Shown here: in pieces, positions 1 to 8,845 of the stretch | Position numbering within the stretch: the stretch's first letter is position 1 | How the letters are laid out: every line of letters starts with the position of its first letter | DNA from: Syntrophales bacterium | GTDB taxonomy: Bacteria; Desulfobacterota; Syntrophia; Syntrophales; UBA2210 | NCBI GenBank assembly: GCA_963666365.2 | Contig: CAXXNF010000002.1 | Span: forward strand, 2,406,667 to 2,470,666 | DNA: 64,000 nt | Reading direction: 5' to 3' | Translations under genes and position numbers: made by a program | The notes under the pieces: generated by a model | Database searches by the model: none | Told to the model about the DNA's origin: nothing | What the model saw: the letters and a program-made list of their open reading frames with translations, nothing else

Positions 1-266
1 TTGAATTCATCGTTCAGAAACTGCCACGGAGAGTACAGTACGCAGTCGATGCCGTGAACGGCCTTGCCGGCTGTCTGCTGTTCGCCATACTGGCATGGCA
101 GAGCGCCCTCTACGCCATGGATACGAGGGCAAACGGCGAGGTCTCCCTTACACTGCAGATGCCGGTTTACCCTTTCATATTAGGCATCGCCATCGGCTGC
201 GGCATGCTCTCGGCAGTACTGGCCGTCAGTGTGTTCACCTCATTCAAGAGGACCGTCACGCAATGA
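1..266 (+). CDS. dctQ: TRAP transporter small permease (DctQ family), 3' part; 5' end lies outside the window
   Basis: Hydrophobic helices and a 'SLTLQMPVYPF' segment typical of the DctQ C-terminus; its stop overlaps the dctM start (ATGA at 263-266). Confidence 0.8.
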   Translation, partial: EFIVQKLPRRVQYAVDAVNGLAGCLLFAILAWQSALYAMDTRANGEVSLTLQMPVYPFILGIAIGCGMLSAVLAVSVFTSFKRTVTQ

Positions 267-1564
267 GTCCTGCGATCATCGGCATAATCGGCATCGCCGC
301 TCTTTTCATCTTTATATTTTCGAGAATGCCCGTGGGTTTTGTCATGGCAATAATCGGATTTATAGGGTTCGGCTATCTTGTGTCCTTCGATGCCGCAATG
401 AATCTCATGGCAAAGGATGTCTACGCCGTGTTCGGCTCTTATAACCTGACGGTAATCCCTCTGTTCGTCCTGATGGGACAACTGGCCTTTCATTCAGGCA
501 TAAGCACCCGTCTTTTCGATGCGGCCTACACCTTTCTGGGACACCAGCCGGGGGGGCTCGCCATGGCCACCATCGGTGCCTGTGCGGGATTTTCCGCCAT
601 ATGCGGTTCCACCAACGCCACCGCCGCGACCATGGCGGCGGCAACCCTGCCGGAAATGAAACGGTTCAACTATAAGGCGGAACTTGCCACCGGCGCCGTC
701 GCCGCAGGGGGCAGTCTGGGCATCCTTATACCACCCAGTGTCATTTTTATCGTCTACGGCATCATGACGGAACAGTCGATTGGAAAGCTTTTTATGGCGG
801 GGCTGGCGCCGGGAATTTTATTGACCATTCTTTTTATCATCACCATCGCGATCTGGACGCGCATCCGGCCGGATCTCGGCCCGGCGGGCCCCAAAACGAC
901 CGTCAGGCAAAAGATCGCATCGCTGGCAGGTCTCGGTGAAACACTGATTCTTTTCGTAATGGTGATGGGAGGACTCTTTGCGGGACTCTTCACTCCCACC
1001 GAGGCCGGGGCCGTCGGCGCCTTCGGCACGCTGGTGCTTGCCCTGATCAAACGGCATCTCACTTGGACCGGCTTTGTCGCCTCCCTCAAAGAAACAACGC
1101 GAATTTCCTGCATGATTCTTGTCATTGTCGCCGGCGCCACCATTTTCGGACATTTTCTCGCCGTCACGCGAATACCCTTTGACATTGCCACCTGGATATC
1201 ACACATCAACCTTCCCCCCTTCGCCATCATGATCCTCATTATATGCGTCTACCTGGTCGGGGGGTGTTTTATCGATTCACTGGCACTCATCATGCTGACG
1301 GTGCCGATCTTTTATCCCGTTGTCATTTCTCTGAATTACGACCCCATCTGGTTTGGAGTCATCATCGTTCTGATCACCCAGATCGGGGTTATCACTCCCC
1401 CCGTGGGGGTCAACGTCTATGTGGTGAGCGGCGTCGCCCGTGACGTGCCACTGGAGGTCATTTTCAAAGGAGTGATGCCGCTTCTCCTCGCCCTGATTAT
1501 CGGGACGCTTCTTCTTATTCCCTTTCCCCAGATCGCCCTCTTCCTGCCGAATTTGATGAAATAA
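263..1564 (+). CDS. dctM: TRAP transporter large permease (DctM family)
   Basis: Motifs IPLFVLMG, GGSLGILIPPS, GLFTPTEAGA, ITPPVG. Start moved from 95 to ATG 263 (MSPAIIG), coupled to the dctQ stop. Confidence 0.93.
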   Translation: MSPAIIGIIGIAALFIFIFSRMPVGFVMAIIGFIGFGYLVSFDAAMNLMAKDVYAVFGSYNLTVIPLFVLMGQLAFHSGISTRLFDAAYTFLGHQPGGLAMATIGACAGFSAICGSTNATAATMAAATLPEMKRFNYKAELATGAVAAGGSLGILIPPSVIFIVYGIMTEQSIGKLFMAGLAPGILLTILFIITIAIWTRIRPDLGPAGPKTTVRQKIASLAGLGETLILFVMVMGGLFAGLFTPTEAGAVGAFGTLVLALIKRHLTWTGFVASLKETTRISCMILVIVAGATIFGHFLAVTRIPFDIATWISHINLPPFAIMILIICVYLVGGCFIDSLALIMLTVPIFYPVVISLNYDPIWFGVIIVLITQIGVITPPVGVNVYVVSGVARDVPLEVIFKGVMPLLLALIIGTLLLIPFPQIALFLPNLMK

Positions 1565-1578
1565 ATAGAAAGGCTTTT

Positions 1579-1711
1579 CTCTGCGAACTCTCCGCCTCAG
1601 AGGGAAAATAAAATTCAAAAAAAACGGTCTCGCGCAGAGACGCAGGGGCGCTGAGGGAAAAATAAACAAAGAATGAATGTCTTCTCTGCGAGCTCTGCGC
1701 CTCTGCGGGAG
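1579..1711. repeat. REP-like element: three ~27-nt (CTCTGCG)n-type units in alternating orientation
   Basis: CTCTGCGAACTCTCCGCCTCAGAGGG from 1579; inverted CTCGCGCAGAGACGCAGGGGCGCTGAG at 1629-1655; CTCTGCGAGCTCTGCGCCTCTGCGGGAG at 1684-1711. Lies between convergent genes. Confidence 0.8.
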
Positions 1712-1798
1712 TAAGTAATAAATAATAAGAGGAACGGTAAGAAAAGTGAACGGGGAGGGGCACTGTAAGGACAGGCCCCTTCACGTTTGGAAGATTTT

Positions 1799-2956
1799 TC
1801 AGACTCTGTTCTGGGCGTAGCCGAGGGTGGCGTTGGCGACGATCATGGTGTGCATGTTCGAGGTGCCCTCCAGGGTTTCAAACTGTTTGCAGTCTCTCAG
1901 GAACCGGCCGCAGGGATATTCCAGCGAATAGCCGTAGGAGCCGTGAAGCTTCATGCACTCGTTGGCCGCATGGACCGCCGCCTTTGCGGAAAAGAGTTTG
2001 GCCATGGAGGTCTCCATCACATTGGGAAGGTTGTGATCCTTCAGCCAGGCCGCCTTGTAGACCAGCGCGGCCAGCGCTTCGTGTTCCATCTTCATTTCGG
2101 CGATCTGCTGCTGAATCAGCTGGTACTTTCCAATGGGCTTGCCGAACTGATTCCGCTCCGTGGCATATTGAATGGAAGCTTCCAGACAGGCGGCAGACAG
2201 CCCCAGTGCACCGGCGGCACAGCCCAATCTGGTGGCGTTCAACTGGGTCATACAAATCCCGAAGCCCTTGTTGAATCCTCCGAGTACGAGTTCCTTGGGG
2301 ACCTTCACGTCCTCAAAGGTGATCTCTCCCGTGTCGGAGGCCCAGAGCCCCACCTTATCCAGCATTTTTTTGCGGGTGATGCCCGGAAGGCTGTAATCCA
2401 TAATGAAGCAGGTCACTCCCTTGGCGCCGGCATCCTTATCGGTCTTTACATAAAGCAGACCGTAGTCGCAGACAGATCCGTTGGTGATGAACATTTTTGC
2501 CCCGTTGATGACATAGTGATCGCCCTTGTCGTCGGCACGGCATTTCATCCCGGCCACGTCGGAACCGAAATCGGGCTCCGTCATGGCGAAACTTCCCACA
2601 TACTCGCCGCTTACAAACTTCGGAATATATTTTTGCTTCTGTTCTTCCGTACCGAACTTCTGAATGGTGAGCGCCGGGCCCCAGTCCTGCATATTGAAGG
2701 CCATTCTCCAGGAAACGTGCACCTTGGAAACCTGCTCGATGGCAAGGACACCCTCGAGAAAGCCCATGCCGTTTCCACCGTACTGCTCGTCGACGCTGAA
2801 GCCGAAAAATCCCAGTTCCGCCATTTTATCGAATATTTCTCTTCTCCAGTGATGGTGCTCTTCGTCCTCGTCCACATGGGGGGCGATTTCGGTCTCTGCG
2901 AAGTTTTTCGCCATGTCCTGGAGCATCCGTTGCTCTTCCGTCAATGCAAAATCCAT
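1799..2956 (-). CDS. Acyl-CoA dehydrogenase, similar to the glutaryl-CoA dehydrogenase at 21432
   Basis: FAMTEPDFGSD, KMFITNG, RNQFGKPIG, HGSYGY, LEGT; R-x3-N motif (WRMAFN). Confidence 0.9.
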   Translation of the reverse strand: MDFALTEEQRMLQDMAKNFAETEIAPHVDEDEEHHHWRREIFDKMAELGFFGFSVDEQYGGNGMGFLEGVLAIEQVSKVHVSWRMAFNMQDWGPALTIQKFGTEEQKQKYIPKFVSGEYVGSFAMTEPDFGSDVAGMKCRADDKGDHYVINGAKMFITNGSVCDYGLLYVKTDKDAGAKGVTCFIMDYSLPGITRKKMLDKVGLWASDTGEITFEDVKVPKELVLGGFNKGFGICMTQLNATRLGCAAGALGLSAACLEASIQYATERNQFGKPIGKYQLIQQQIAEMKMEHEALAALVYKAAWLKDHNLPNVMETSMAKLFSAKAAVHAANECMKLHGSYGYSLEYPCGRFLRDCKQFETLEGTSNMHTMIVANATLGYAQNRV

Positions 2957-3001
2957 CTATAGATTCCTCCTCTGTTATGTACTCATTTAATGTGCAGTTA
3001 A

Positions 3002-4192
3002 TTACTGAAAGCCTTCCATTACAACCGTAAGCGACTGACCGCCTAAGGCGCCTACATTGACTACGCCGAAGCGGGCACCCGTACGTTTCAGTGTTTCGAT
3101 CATGCCGGTCGCCATGATTCCGCCGATGGCGGCGCCGGGATGGCCGAAGGCGAGACTACCGCCTTCCACGTTGATTTTGCCTGCCGCGGCCGCACCCAGC
3201 ATGTCGCCCACCGCCAGTCCGTAGGCCGCCGAAGGGGTATGAATATTATAAAAATCAATGTCTTTTCTTGAAAGACCGCACATGGCCAGGGCCCTGTCGA
3301 TCGACTTTACCGATGTTCTCTCCAGCAATGTCGGATTTCCCGCTGTGATGCCAAAGCCGCGCATTTTCGCCAGGGGTGTGCATCCCAGCGCCTGCGCCCG
3401 TTCCGCAGACACCATGATCAGCGAGACGGCCCCGTCGGCCCAGGGCGCCACATTGGCAGCCGTCGCCGTGCCGCCCTCGTTGATCGAAGGAAGCGCCATC
3501 AATTCTTCAAGCGTCGTTTTTCGTGGAATCTGGTCGGCGTCGACGGTGGTTTCCTTCTTTCTCGTCTTGATCAGATAGGGCTCTATGCCGGCACTCACTC
3601 CCCGGCTGCCGATTGCCTCCAGCGCCTTTTCATGATCCCGAACCGTGTAGGCGTCCAGGTCTTTCCGTACAAAACCGTAGTTTCGGGCCACAAGATCGGC
3701 CAACGCCGCCGCCGTCAATACACCATATTGTTCCTGCGGCTGGGCGTTTGTCTCGACCTCGATTTTCTGGTCATGAAAGCACATACTCTGAGGACCCATC
3801 TCGTAGCGGGGATGATAGAGGTAATACTGGGTCAAGCTGTAGCTTTCCACTCCACCGACAAGCATGCCCTGATATTCTTCACCGACAATCTTATTGAATC
3901 CGCTGATCATGGTTTGAAGCGCACCGGCACAGAGCGTATTCAGCGTATAGCCGGCAGGATCTTCGCTCAATCCGGCCAGGGTCCAGGCATGCCGCCCCAC
4001 ATTTGCGGGCAGGCTGCTCTGTATCGACTGACTGTAAATGCTCATGTCAAGGGCGCCCGAATCGATTCCCGCGCGCTCGACCGCCGCTTTCATCGTGTGT
4101 GCCGCCAGATCCTGAATCCTGACGGTCTTTAAGGACCCCATATATTTACCGATCGGCGTTCTCACGGCACTGACAAATACTGTTTCTTTCAT
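3002..4192 (-). CDS. Thiolase-family protein with a degenerate active site
   Basis: Start MKETVFVSAVRTPIG at 4192 (ATGA overlap with the upstream thiolase). Keeps NTLC and GHP; NEAF is replaced by HTPS and CxGGG by GALGG. Confidence 0.85.
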   Translation of the reverse strand: MKETVFVSAVRTPIGKYMGSLKTVRIQDLAAHTMKAAVERAGIDSGALDMSIYSQSIQSSLPANVGRHAWTLAGLSEDPAGYTLNTLCAGALQTMISGFNKIVGEEYQGMLVGGVESYSLTQYYLYHPRYEMGPQSMCFHDQKIEVETNAQPQEQYGVLTAAALADLVARNYGFVRKDLDAYTVRDHEKALEAIGSRGVSAGIEPYLIKTRKKETTVDADQIPRKTTLEELMALPSINEGGTATAANVAPWADGAVSLIMVSAERAQALGCTPLAKMRGFGITAGNPTLLERTSVKSIDRALAMCGLSRKDIDFYNIHTPSAAYGLAVGDMLGAAAAGKINVEGGSLAFGHPGAAIGGIMATGMIETLKRTGARFGVVNVGALGGQSLTVVMEGFQ

Positions 4193-5439
4193 CGGGCGCC
4201 TCCTTCCTCTTCTCCAAGCCTTTCGATTATAATGGCGCCTCCGATTCCTCCGCCGCAGCAAAGCGTGGCAAGGCCGAGTCGCGCGCCAGTGCGTTCCAGT
4301 CCATGGAGCAGCTTGGTCGTGATGATACACCCGCTGGCACCCAGCGGATGACCGAGGGCAATCGCCCCGCCCCAGAGGTTTACGTGCTCGTCGAGCCATT
4401 GGTCGTCAATGCCGTACATCGCCTTCCATTCCCGCATCACGGCAAGGCTCTGACCGGCAAAGGCCTCGTTTAATTCAACAATATCCATGTCATTCAGCGT
4501 CATACCCGCTTTTTTCATGGCAATTGCGGTTGAAGGCACAGGCCCCCGCCCCATAATCCGGGGATCAACGCCGGCCACACCGCAGGCAAGAATGCGGGCC
4601 CGAGGGGTTACGCCGAGTTCGTCGGCCCTTTCCCGGGACATGATAAGGGCGATCGCTGCACCATCGTTTCGCCCCGAAGAGCTTCCCGCCGTGACGGTAC
4701 CATCCTTTTTGAAGACCGGCTTCAGCTTCGCCAGGCCTTCCAGGGTGGTATCCTTTCGTGGGAATTCATCGACATCAAAGAAGGCCGTACTTCCATCGGC
4801 CTTTGTATATATGACGGGTACGATTTCTTTTTTGAACTCGCCCTTTTCGATCGCATTTACCGCCAGCTGCTGACTGCGCAGAGAAAACCGGTCCTGCTCA
4901 TCCCGGGGGATACTGTGAAGTTCCACCAGGTTTTCGGCGGTGATTCCCATGGGAATGTTCCCGTATCGCTCCACCGGCGCCGCACCGGGGCCGCCCGCCG
5001 TAATGGAATCCTTCAACGTGATATCGCCATTTCCAAAAGCGTGATTCGCGCCGTCGGAGAGGAAAAACTCGCCGCCGCTCATCCACTCGACGCCCCCGGC
5101 GAGAATCACATCGGCAAAGCCGTTCTTTATGAATTCGTATCCCTCGATAATCGAAAGCATTCCCGAGGCGCAGGCGATCGTGTCGGCAAAGCCGGGCACT
5201 TCTTCGGGAAGACCGATCATCAGGGCAAGATTGCGGGCCGTATTGGCGCGAACCGTATTCTGTTTCACATGCCCCATAATGACGTAATCATACATCTGGG
5301 GCTTAATTTTTCCGGCGTTTCTATCAACGACGGCCTTGGCGGTCTGACCGAGGAGCTCCCAGAAGGGGAGGTCCTTTATCGTTCCACCGTGCCGGCCGAT
5401 GGCGCTTCTCGCCATATCAACAATGACCACTTCTTTCAT
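4189..5439 (-). CDS. Acetyl-CoA C-acyltransferase (thiolase), canonical
   Basis: Start MKEVVIVDMARSAIG at 5439 after a GGAGG RBS; IACASG, ELNEAFA, GHPLGASG, LCCGGG. Confidence 0.92.
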   Translation of the reverse strand: MKEVVIVDMARSAIGRHGGTIKDLPFWELLGQTAKAVVDRNAGKIKPQMYDYVIMGHVKQNTVRANTARNLALMIGLPEEVPGFADTIACASGMLSIIEGYEFIKNGFADVILAGGVEWMSGGEFFLSDGANHAFGNGDITLKDSITAGGPGAAPVERYGNIPMGITAENLVELHSIPRDEQDRFSLRSQQLAVNAIEKGEFKKEIVPVIYTKADGSTAFFDVDEFPRKDTTLEGLAKLKPVFKKDGTVTAGSSSGRNDGAAIALIMSRERADELGVTPRARILACGVAGVDPRIMGRGPVPSTAIAMKKAGMTLNDMDIVELNEAFAGQSLAVMREWKAMYGIDDQWLDEHVNLWGGAIALGHPLGASGCIITTKLLHGLERTGARLGLATLCCGGGIGGAIIIERLGEEEGGAR

Positions 5440-5522
5440 TCCCTTTACCTCCTCAACTTCCCTGCCAGGACCCTCTCGCCGGCTGCTCGGAAAAGACCTC
5501 CTTTTCAGGGAAATAGTCTCTG

Positions 5523-6410
5523 TTAGAATTTCAGATCCCTTCTCGGTTTTCTTTCTCCGGAGGTATAATCGTACCATCCCTTGCCGGTTTTTCTTCCGAG
5601 ATCCCCGCTGATGACAAGCTTTTCAAGAATCAACGATGGAGCGAATTTCGGGTCTTTATATCCCTCATAGAGGGTCTTGAATACGTTGTAGCCGATCTCA
5701 ACGCCGACAAAATCGGCCAGTTCAAAGGGACCCATAGGATGATTGAGGCCGAGCTTGATCGCCTTGTCGATGTCTTCGAGGCTGGCGACCCCTTCCAGCA
5801 GACACTTGAAGCATTCAGCCCGGAAGGCCGCGTTGCAGCGGTTGACCAGGAATCCCGGCACATCCTTCACGCGGACCGGTTCTTTCCCCATTTTCGTCGC
5901 GAGTTCTTCCGTCAGGGCAACTGTCTGGTCGGCGGTCTTCAGCGCCGGAATCACTTCCACCAGACGCATGACCGGAACGGGGCTGAAGAAATGCATGCCG
6001 ATAAACCGGTCAGGTCGTTTGGTCGCCGCAGCCAGCGTGGTGATCGGTATGGACGACGTGTTCGACGCGAAAATGACCTCTTCGCCGCAGATGTCGTCGA
6101 GCTTTTGAAAAATGGATGTTTTCACTTCCAGATTTTCGAAGGCCGCCTCGATCACGAAATCCGCCTTTTTTGCGGCCTCGAATTCGACCGCCTTTTCGAT
6201 GCGACTCAGGACTGCATCCTTTTCCGCCGCATCGAGTTTTCCCTTCGCGACCCTGCCTTCGAGAAGCTTCACGATATTGTTGTAGCCTCTGTCGATGAAT
6301 TCCATTTTTACATCGTTCATGATGACATTATAGCCTGCCTGGGCCGCAACCTGCGCAATGCCGCCTCCCATGAGACCCGAACCTATGACCATGATCGTTT
6401 TTATTTCCAT
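5523..6410 (-). CDS. hbd: 3-hydroxyacyl-CoA dehydrogenase (3-hydroxybutyryl-CoA dehydrogenase family)
   Basis: GSGLMGGGIAQ, SNTSS, GMHFFSP, PGFLVNR, HPMGP, GRKTGKGWY. Confidence 0.92.
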   Translation of the reverse strand: MEIKTIMVIGSGLMGGGIAQVAAQAGYNVIMNDVKMEFIDRGYNNIVKLLEGRVAKGKLDAAEKDAVLSRIEKAVEFEAAKKADFVIEAAFENLEVKTSIFQKLDDICGEEVIFASNTSSIPITTLAAATKRPDRFIGMHFFSPVPVMRLVEVIPALKTADQTVALTEELATKMGKEPVRVKDVPGFLVNRCNAAFRAECFKCLLEGVASLEDIDKAIKLGLNHPMGPFELADFVGVEIGYNVFKTLYEGYKDPKFAPSLILEKLVISGDLGRKTGKGWYDYTSGERKPRRDLKF

Positions 6411-6481
6411 TTCGACTTACCTCTTCATTATTATAAATTTTACGCCCCTCGTGGAACATTCCATGTCGATATCGGCCGGCC

Positions 6482-7270
6482 CTATCTTCCGACAAATTTA
6501 GGCGGGCGCTTTTCGATGAACGCACAGGCGCCTTCTTTCTGGTCTTCCGTTCCGCAGAGATAACTCCAGTGGAACGCCTCGATATCGAGTCCTTCATGGA
6601 GGGTCATGTTGAGCCCGTGATTGATGGCCTCCTTCGCCGCCCGCACGGCGAGCACCGGTTTGCTCGCGATCAGCGCGGCCATTTCTTTGGCTTCGTCCAT
6701 CAGTTTTTCCGGTTCCACCACCGCGTTCACGAGACCGATTGCATAGGCGCGCTCGGCGCTGATGAATGTACCCGTGTAAATCAGTTCCTTGGCAATGCCG
6801 GCGCCTACGAGACGGGGCAACCGCTGCGTACCGCCGCCGCCGGGGATGATCCCGAGATTGATCTCGGGCTGCCCGAACTTGGCCTTGGAGGAAGCGATTC
6901 TGATGTCGCAGCTCATGGCGAGTTCCAGTCCGCCGCCAAGGCAAAACCCGTTAATGGCGCAGATGACGGGCCGCGTGAAATCCTCCATCTGTTGATAGAG
7001 CGGCCGCGTGGTCTTCAGCCGGGCCTTCGCCTTTTCCTGATCCAGCTCCGGGAACGATTTGATGTCGGCCCCGGCAACAAAGGCCTTTGAGTCGGGCGCC
7101 CCTGTGAGGATTACCACGTTGACCTCATCCAGTTTTTCATTCAGTTCCCGCATGATCGCCCCAAGCTGATCCCTGACGGCGGTGATAAGGGGATTCATGG
7201 GAGGATTGTTAATCGTGATCAGGGCAATCTTATTTTCTATGACATAGCTTACATACTGCTGCTCGCTCAT
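6482..7270 (-). CDS. crt: Enoyl-CoA hydratase (crotonase)
   Basis: AFVAGADI, GGGLELAMSCD, FGQPEINLGIIPGGGGTQRL (both catalytic Glu present). Start MSEQQ at 7270 with an AGGAG RBS. Confidence 0.9.
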   Translation of the reverse strand: MSEQQYVSYVIENKIALITINNPPMNPLITAVRDQLGAIMRELNEKLDEVNVVILTGAPDSKAFVAGADIKSFPELDQEKAKARLKTTRPLYQQMEDFTRPVICAINGFCLGGGLELAMSCDIRIASSKAKFGQPEINLGIIPGGGGTQRLPRLVGAGIAKELIYTGTFISAERAYAIGLVNAVVEPEKLMDEAKEMAALIASKPVLAVRAAKEAINHGLNMTLHEGLDIEAFHWSYLCGTEDQKEGACAFIEKRPPKFVGR

Positions 7271-7301
7271 GGACCATTCTCCTCTCCTGTCGAACACCGC
7301 T

Positions 7302-7329
7302 GCGGGCAGGGGCACTAGCCCCTGCCCGC
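7302..7329. other. Perfect 12-bp GC-rich intergenic hairpin (possible mRNA stabiliser or processing site)
   Basis: GCGGGCAGGGGC-ACTA-GCCCCTGCCCGC between the abfD-like gene and crt; no U-tract. Confidence 0.6.
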
Positions 7330-7342
7330 CGTGAATTCTTCA

Positions 7343-8809
7343 TCAATCCTTTGTCATGCCGGCGATTTTCCGTACCATTTCTCTGCGCGCTTCAATATCG
7401 TACTGCGTGGTAATGGCAATCTCTTCCATCCGCGGTGATCCGCCGCCATGCAGGGCGCCGAAGTTGGCGATACCGCCCTTTGCGGAGCAGGCCAGGTCGC
7501 CGATGTGGCGCCAGAGCTGGGCCTGATTCTCCGGCGACATCTTGCTGCTTCTCGTTGTATATTTGCGCGCAAGATCAGCCGTCTCCGGATTCGCAAACTC
7601 TCCTTCATAGGGAAACGTTGCCGGAACGCCTCCGGATATATCCGCCAGCATCTCCATCTCATGATATACCGCTTCCCCCGTCAGGCAGCGACCCACATTC
7701 GCGTAGATGGAATGGGGAATATAATTGCCGGGACCGTAGGGAATAAAGCCGACACCGGGCATATAGACCTCCGGCTTTCCCAGTTCCGAAGCGGTAAAGC
7801 CGGCCGCATACCCCAGCTCGGTGATCTTGATGATCTCCGCGAATTTCGAAGCCACATGCTTCGCCTTGCTGATGCCGTTCGCGTCCGCCGCCAAGGCGCA
7901 GGTCCCCAGCATCAAATCCCCCAGCGCCGGCTTGCAGCCGGAATAGCTGTGGCGGTGAAACAACGCAAAAAGCAGCGCAAGAATGCCGCCGTGCTGGTGC
8001 TCGCCGCAGAGAAACACCCGCTCCCAGGGGACAAATACATTGTCGAATATCAGATAGGAGTCGTTGCTGCCGCCGTTGAATCCCTTGGGAAAATGCTTTC
8101 TATCACGGAAATTGTGAACCGTCACCAGATGCTTCAATCCGTCCCAGTCGCCCGGAATCGCAAAGGACACGGCATAGTCCGAATCCTCTTTCAGCAGCGC
8201 CCGCGTCGGCACCACAAGAATCTCATCGGCAATCGCCGCTTCGGAAATGTGCAGCTTCGCGCCGCGCACCACGATGCCGTCCTTGTTCTTCTCCACTACG
8301 TGCACATACTGATCCGGATCGGGCTGCTGGTGAGGCCGAAGCATCCGGTCTCCTTTGACATCCGTTTGGGCACAGCATCCCACCAGATCTTCCGTCTGAA
8401 ACCGCTCCAGCCATTTCTTGAAATTCTCGTGATACTGTGTGGCGCCGTTGTTCTGCTTATCCGCCTCGTAGGACACCGTATAGATCGCATTTGTGGCATC
8501 GATCCCCATGCAGCGCTGCACGCAGCCGCCCACCACCTGGCAGTAGAGACGGGTCATATCCTGCTTCTTGTGGAGATCTTCCGTGTGCTGATGGATGTGA
8601 TTGAACCGGTTGATCTTCTCGCCGGTCAGGTGCGACGTCGCCGTCAGAAAGCCTTCATATTCCGGCTTTGACGCCAGTTCGAAGGTGGTCCCCATGACAT
8701 TGTAACTCGGAATAAATTCCTCGTGGTCACGACCGATCTTCTCGCCATTGTGATAAAGATTCCTCTTCATCTTGCTCAGACCTTCAATGTACTGCTCTTT
8801 GGTTCTCAT
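7343..8809 (-). CDS. abfD: 4-hydroxybutyryl-CoA dehydratase / vinylacetyl-CoA isomerase family (FAD, 4Fe-4S)
   Basis: CVQRC and HRHSYSGCK cluster-ligand motifs, QTDVKGDR, HGGGSP. Start MRTKEQY at 8809 with an AGGAGG RBS. Confidence 0.82.
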   Translation of the reverse strand: MRTKEQYIEGLSKMKRNLYHNGEKIGRDHEEFIPSYNVMGTTFELASKPEYEGFLTATSHLTGEKINRFNHIHQHTEDLHKKQDMTRLYCQVVGGCVQRCMGIDATNAIYTVSYEADKQNNGATQYHENFKKWLERFQTEDLVGCCAQTDVKGDRMLRPHQQPDPDQYVHVVEKNKDGIVVRGAKLHISEAAIADEILVVPTRALLKEDSDYAVSFAIPGDWDGLKHLVTVHNFRDRKHFPKGFNGGSNDSYLIFDNVFVPWERVFLCGEHQHGGILALLFALFHRHSYSGCKPALGDLMLGTCALAADANGISKAKHVASKFAEIIKITELGYAAGFTASELGKPEVYMPGVGFIPYGPGNYIPHSIYANVGRCLTGEAVYHEMEMLADISGGVPATFPYEGEFANPETADLARKYTTRSSKMSPENQAQLWRHIGDLACSAKGGIANFGALHGGGSPRMEEIAITTQYDIEARREMVRKIAGMTKD

Positions 8810-8845
8810 ATCGTTTCCTCCTGTAAATAGTGTTAAAAATCGTCC

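Noticed and set aside
95..262. N-terminal extension of dctM in the ORF track (similar extensions on the thiolases, abfD, methyltransferase, iorB and livM)
   Set aside because: The extensions overlap upstream genes and lack family similarity; downstream starts have an RBS or ATGA coupling.
1787..2962. Long antisense ORFs (e.g. 1787-2962, 7448-8671, 15881-17347, 19968-21413, 29141-30454, 33761-35038, 35133-36491)
   Set aside because: Each mirrors a well-supported gene on the opposite strand; these are typical shadow ORFs of GC-rich codon usage with no recognisable motifs.
7343..8809. 4-hydroxyphenylacetate 3-monooxygenase (same fold)
   Set aside because: The Cys/His Fe-S ligand motifs and the anaerobic CoA context fit the AbfD dehydratase branch.
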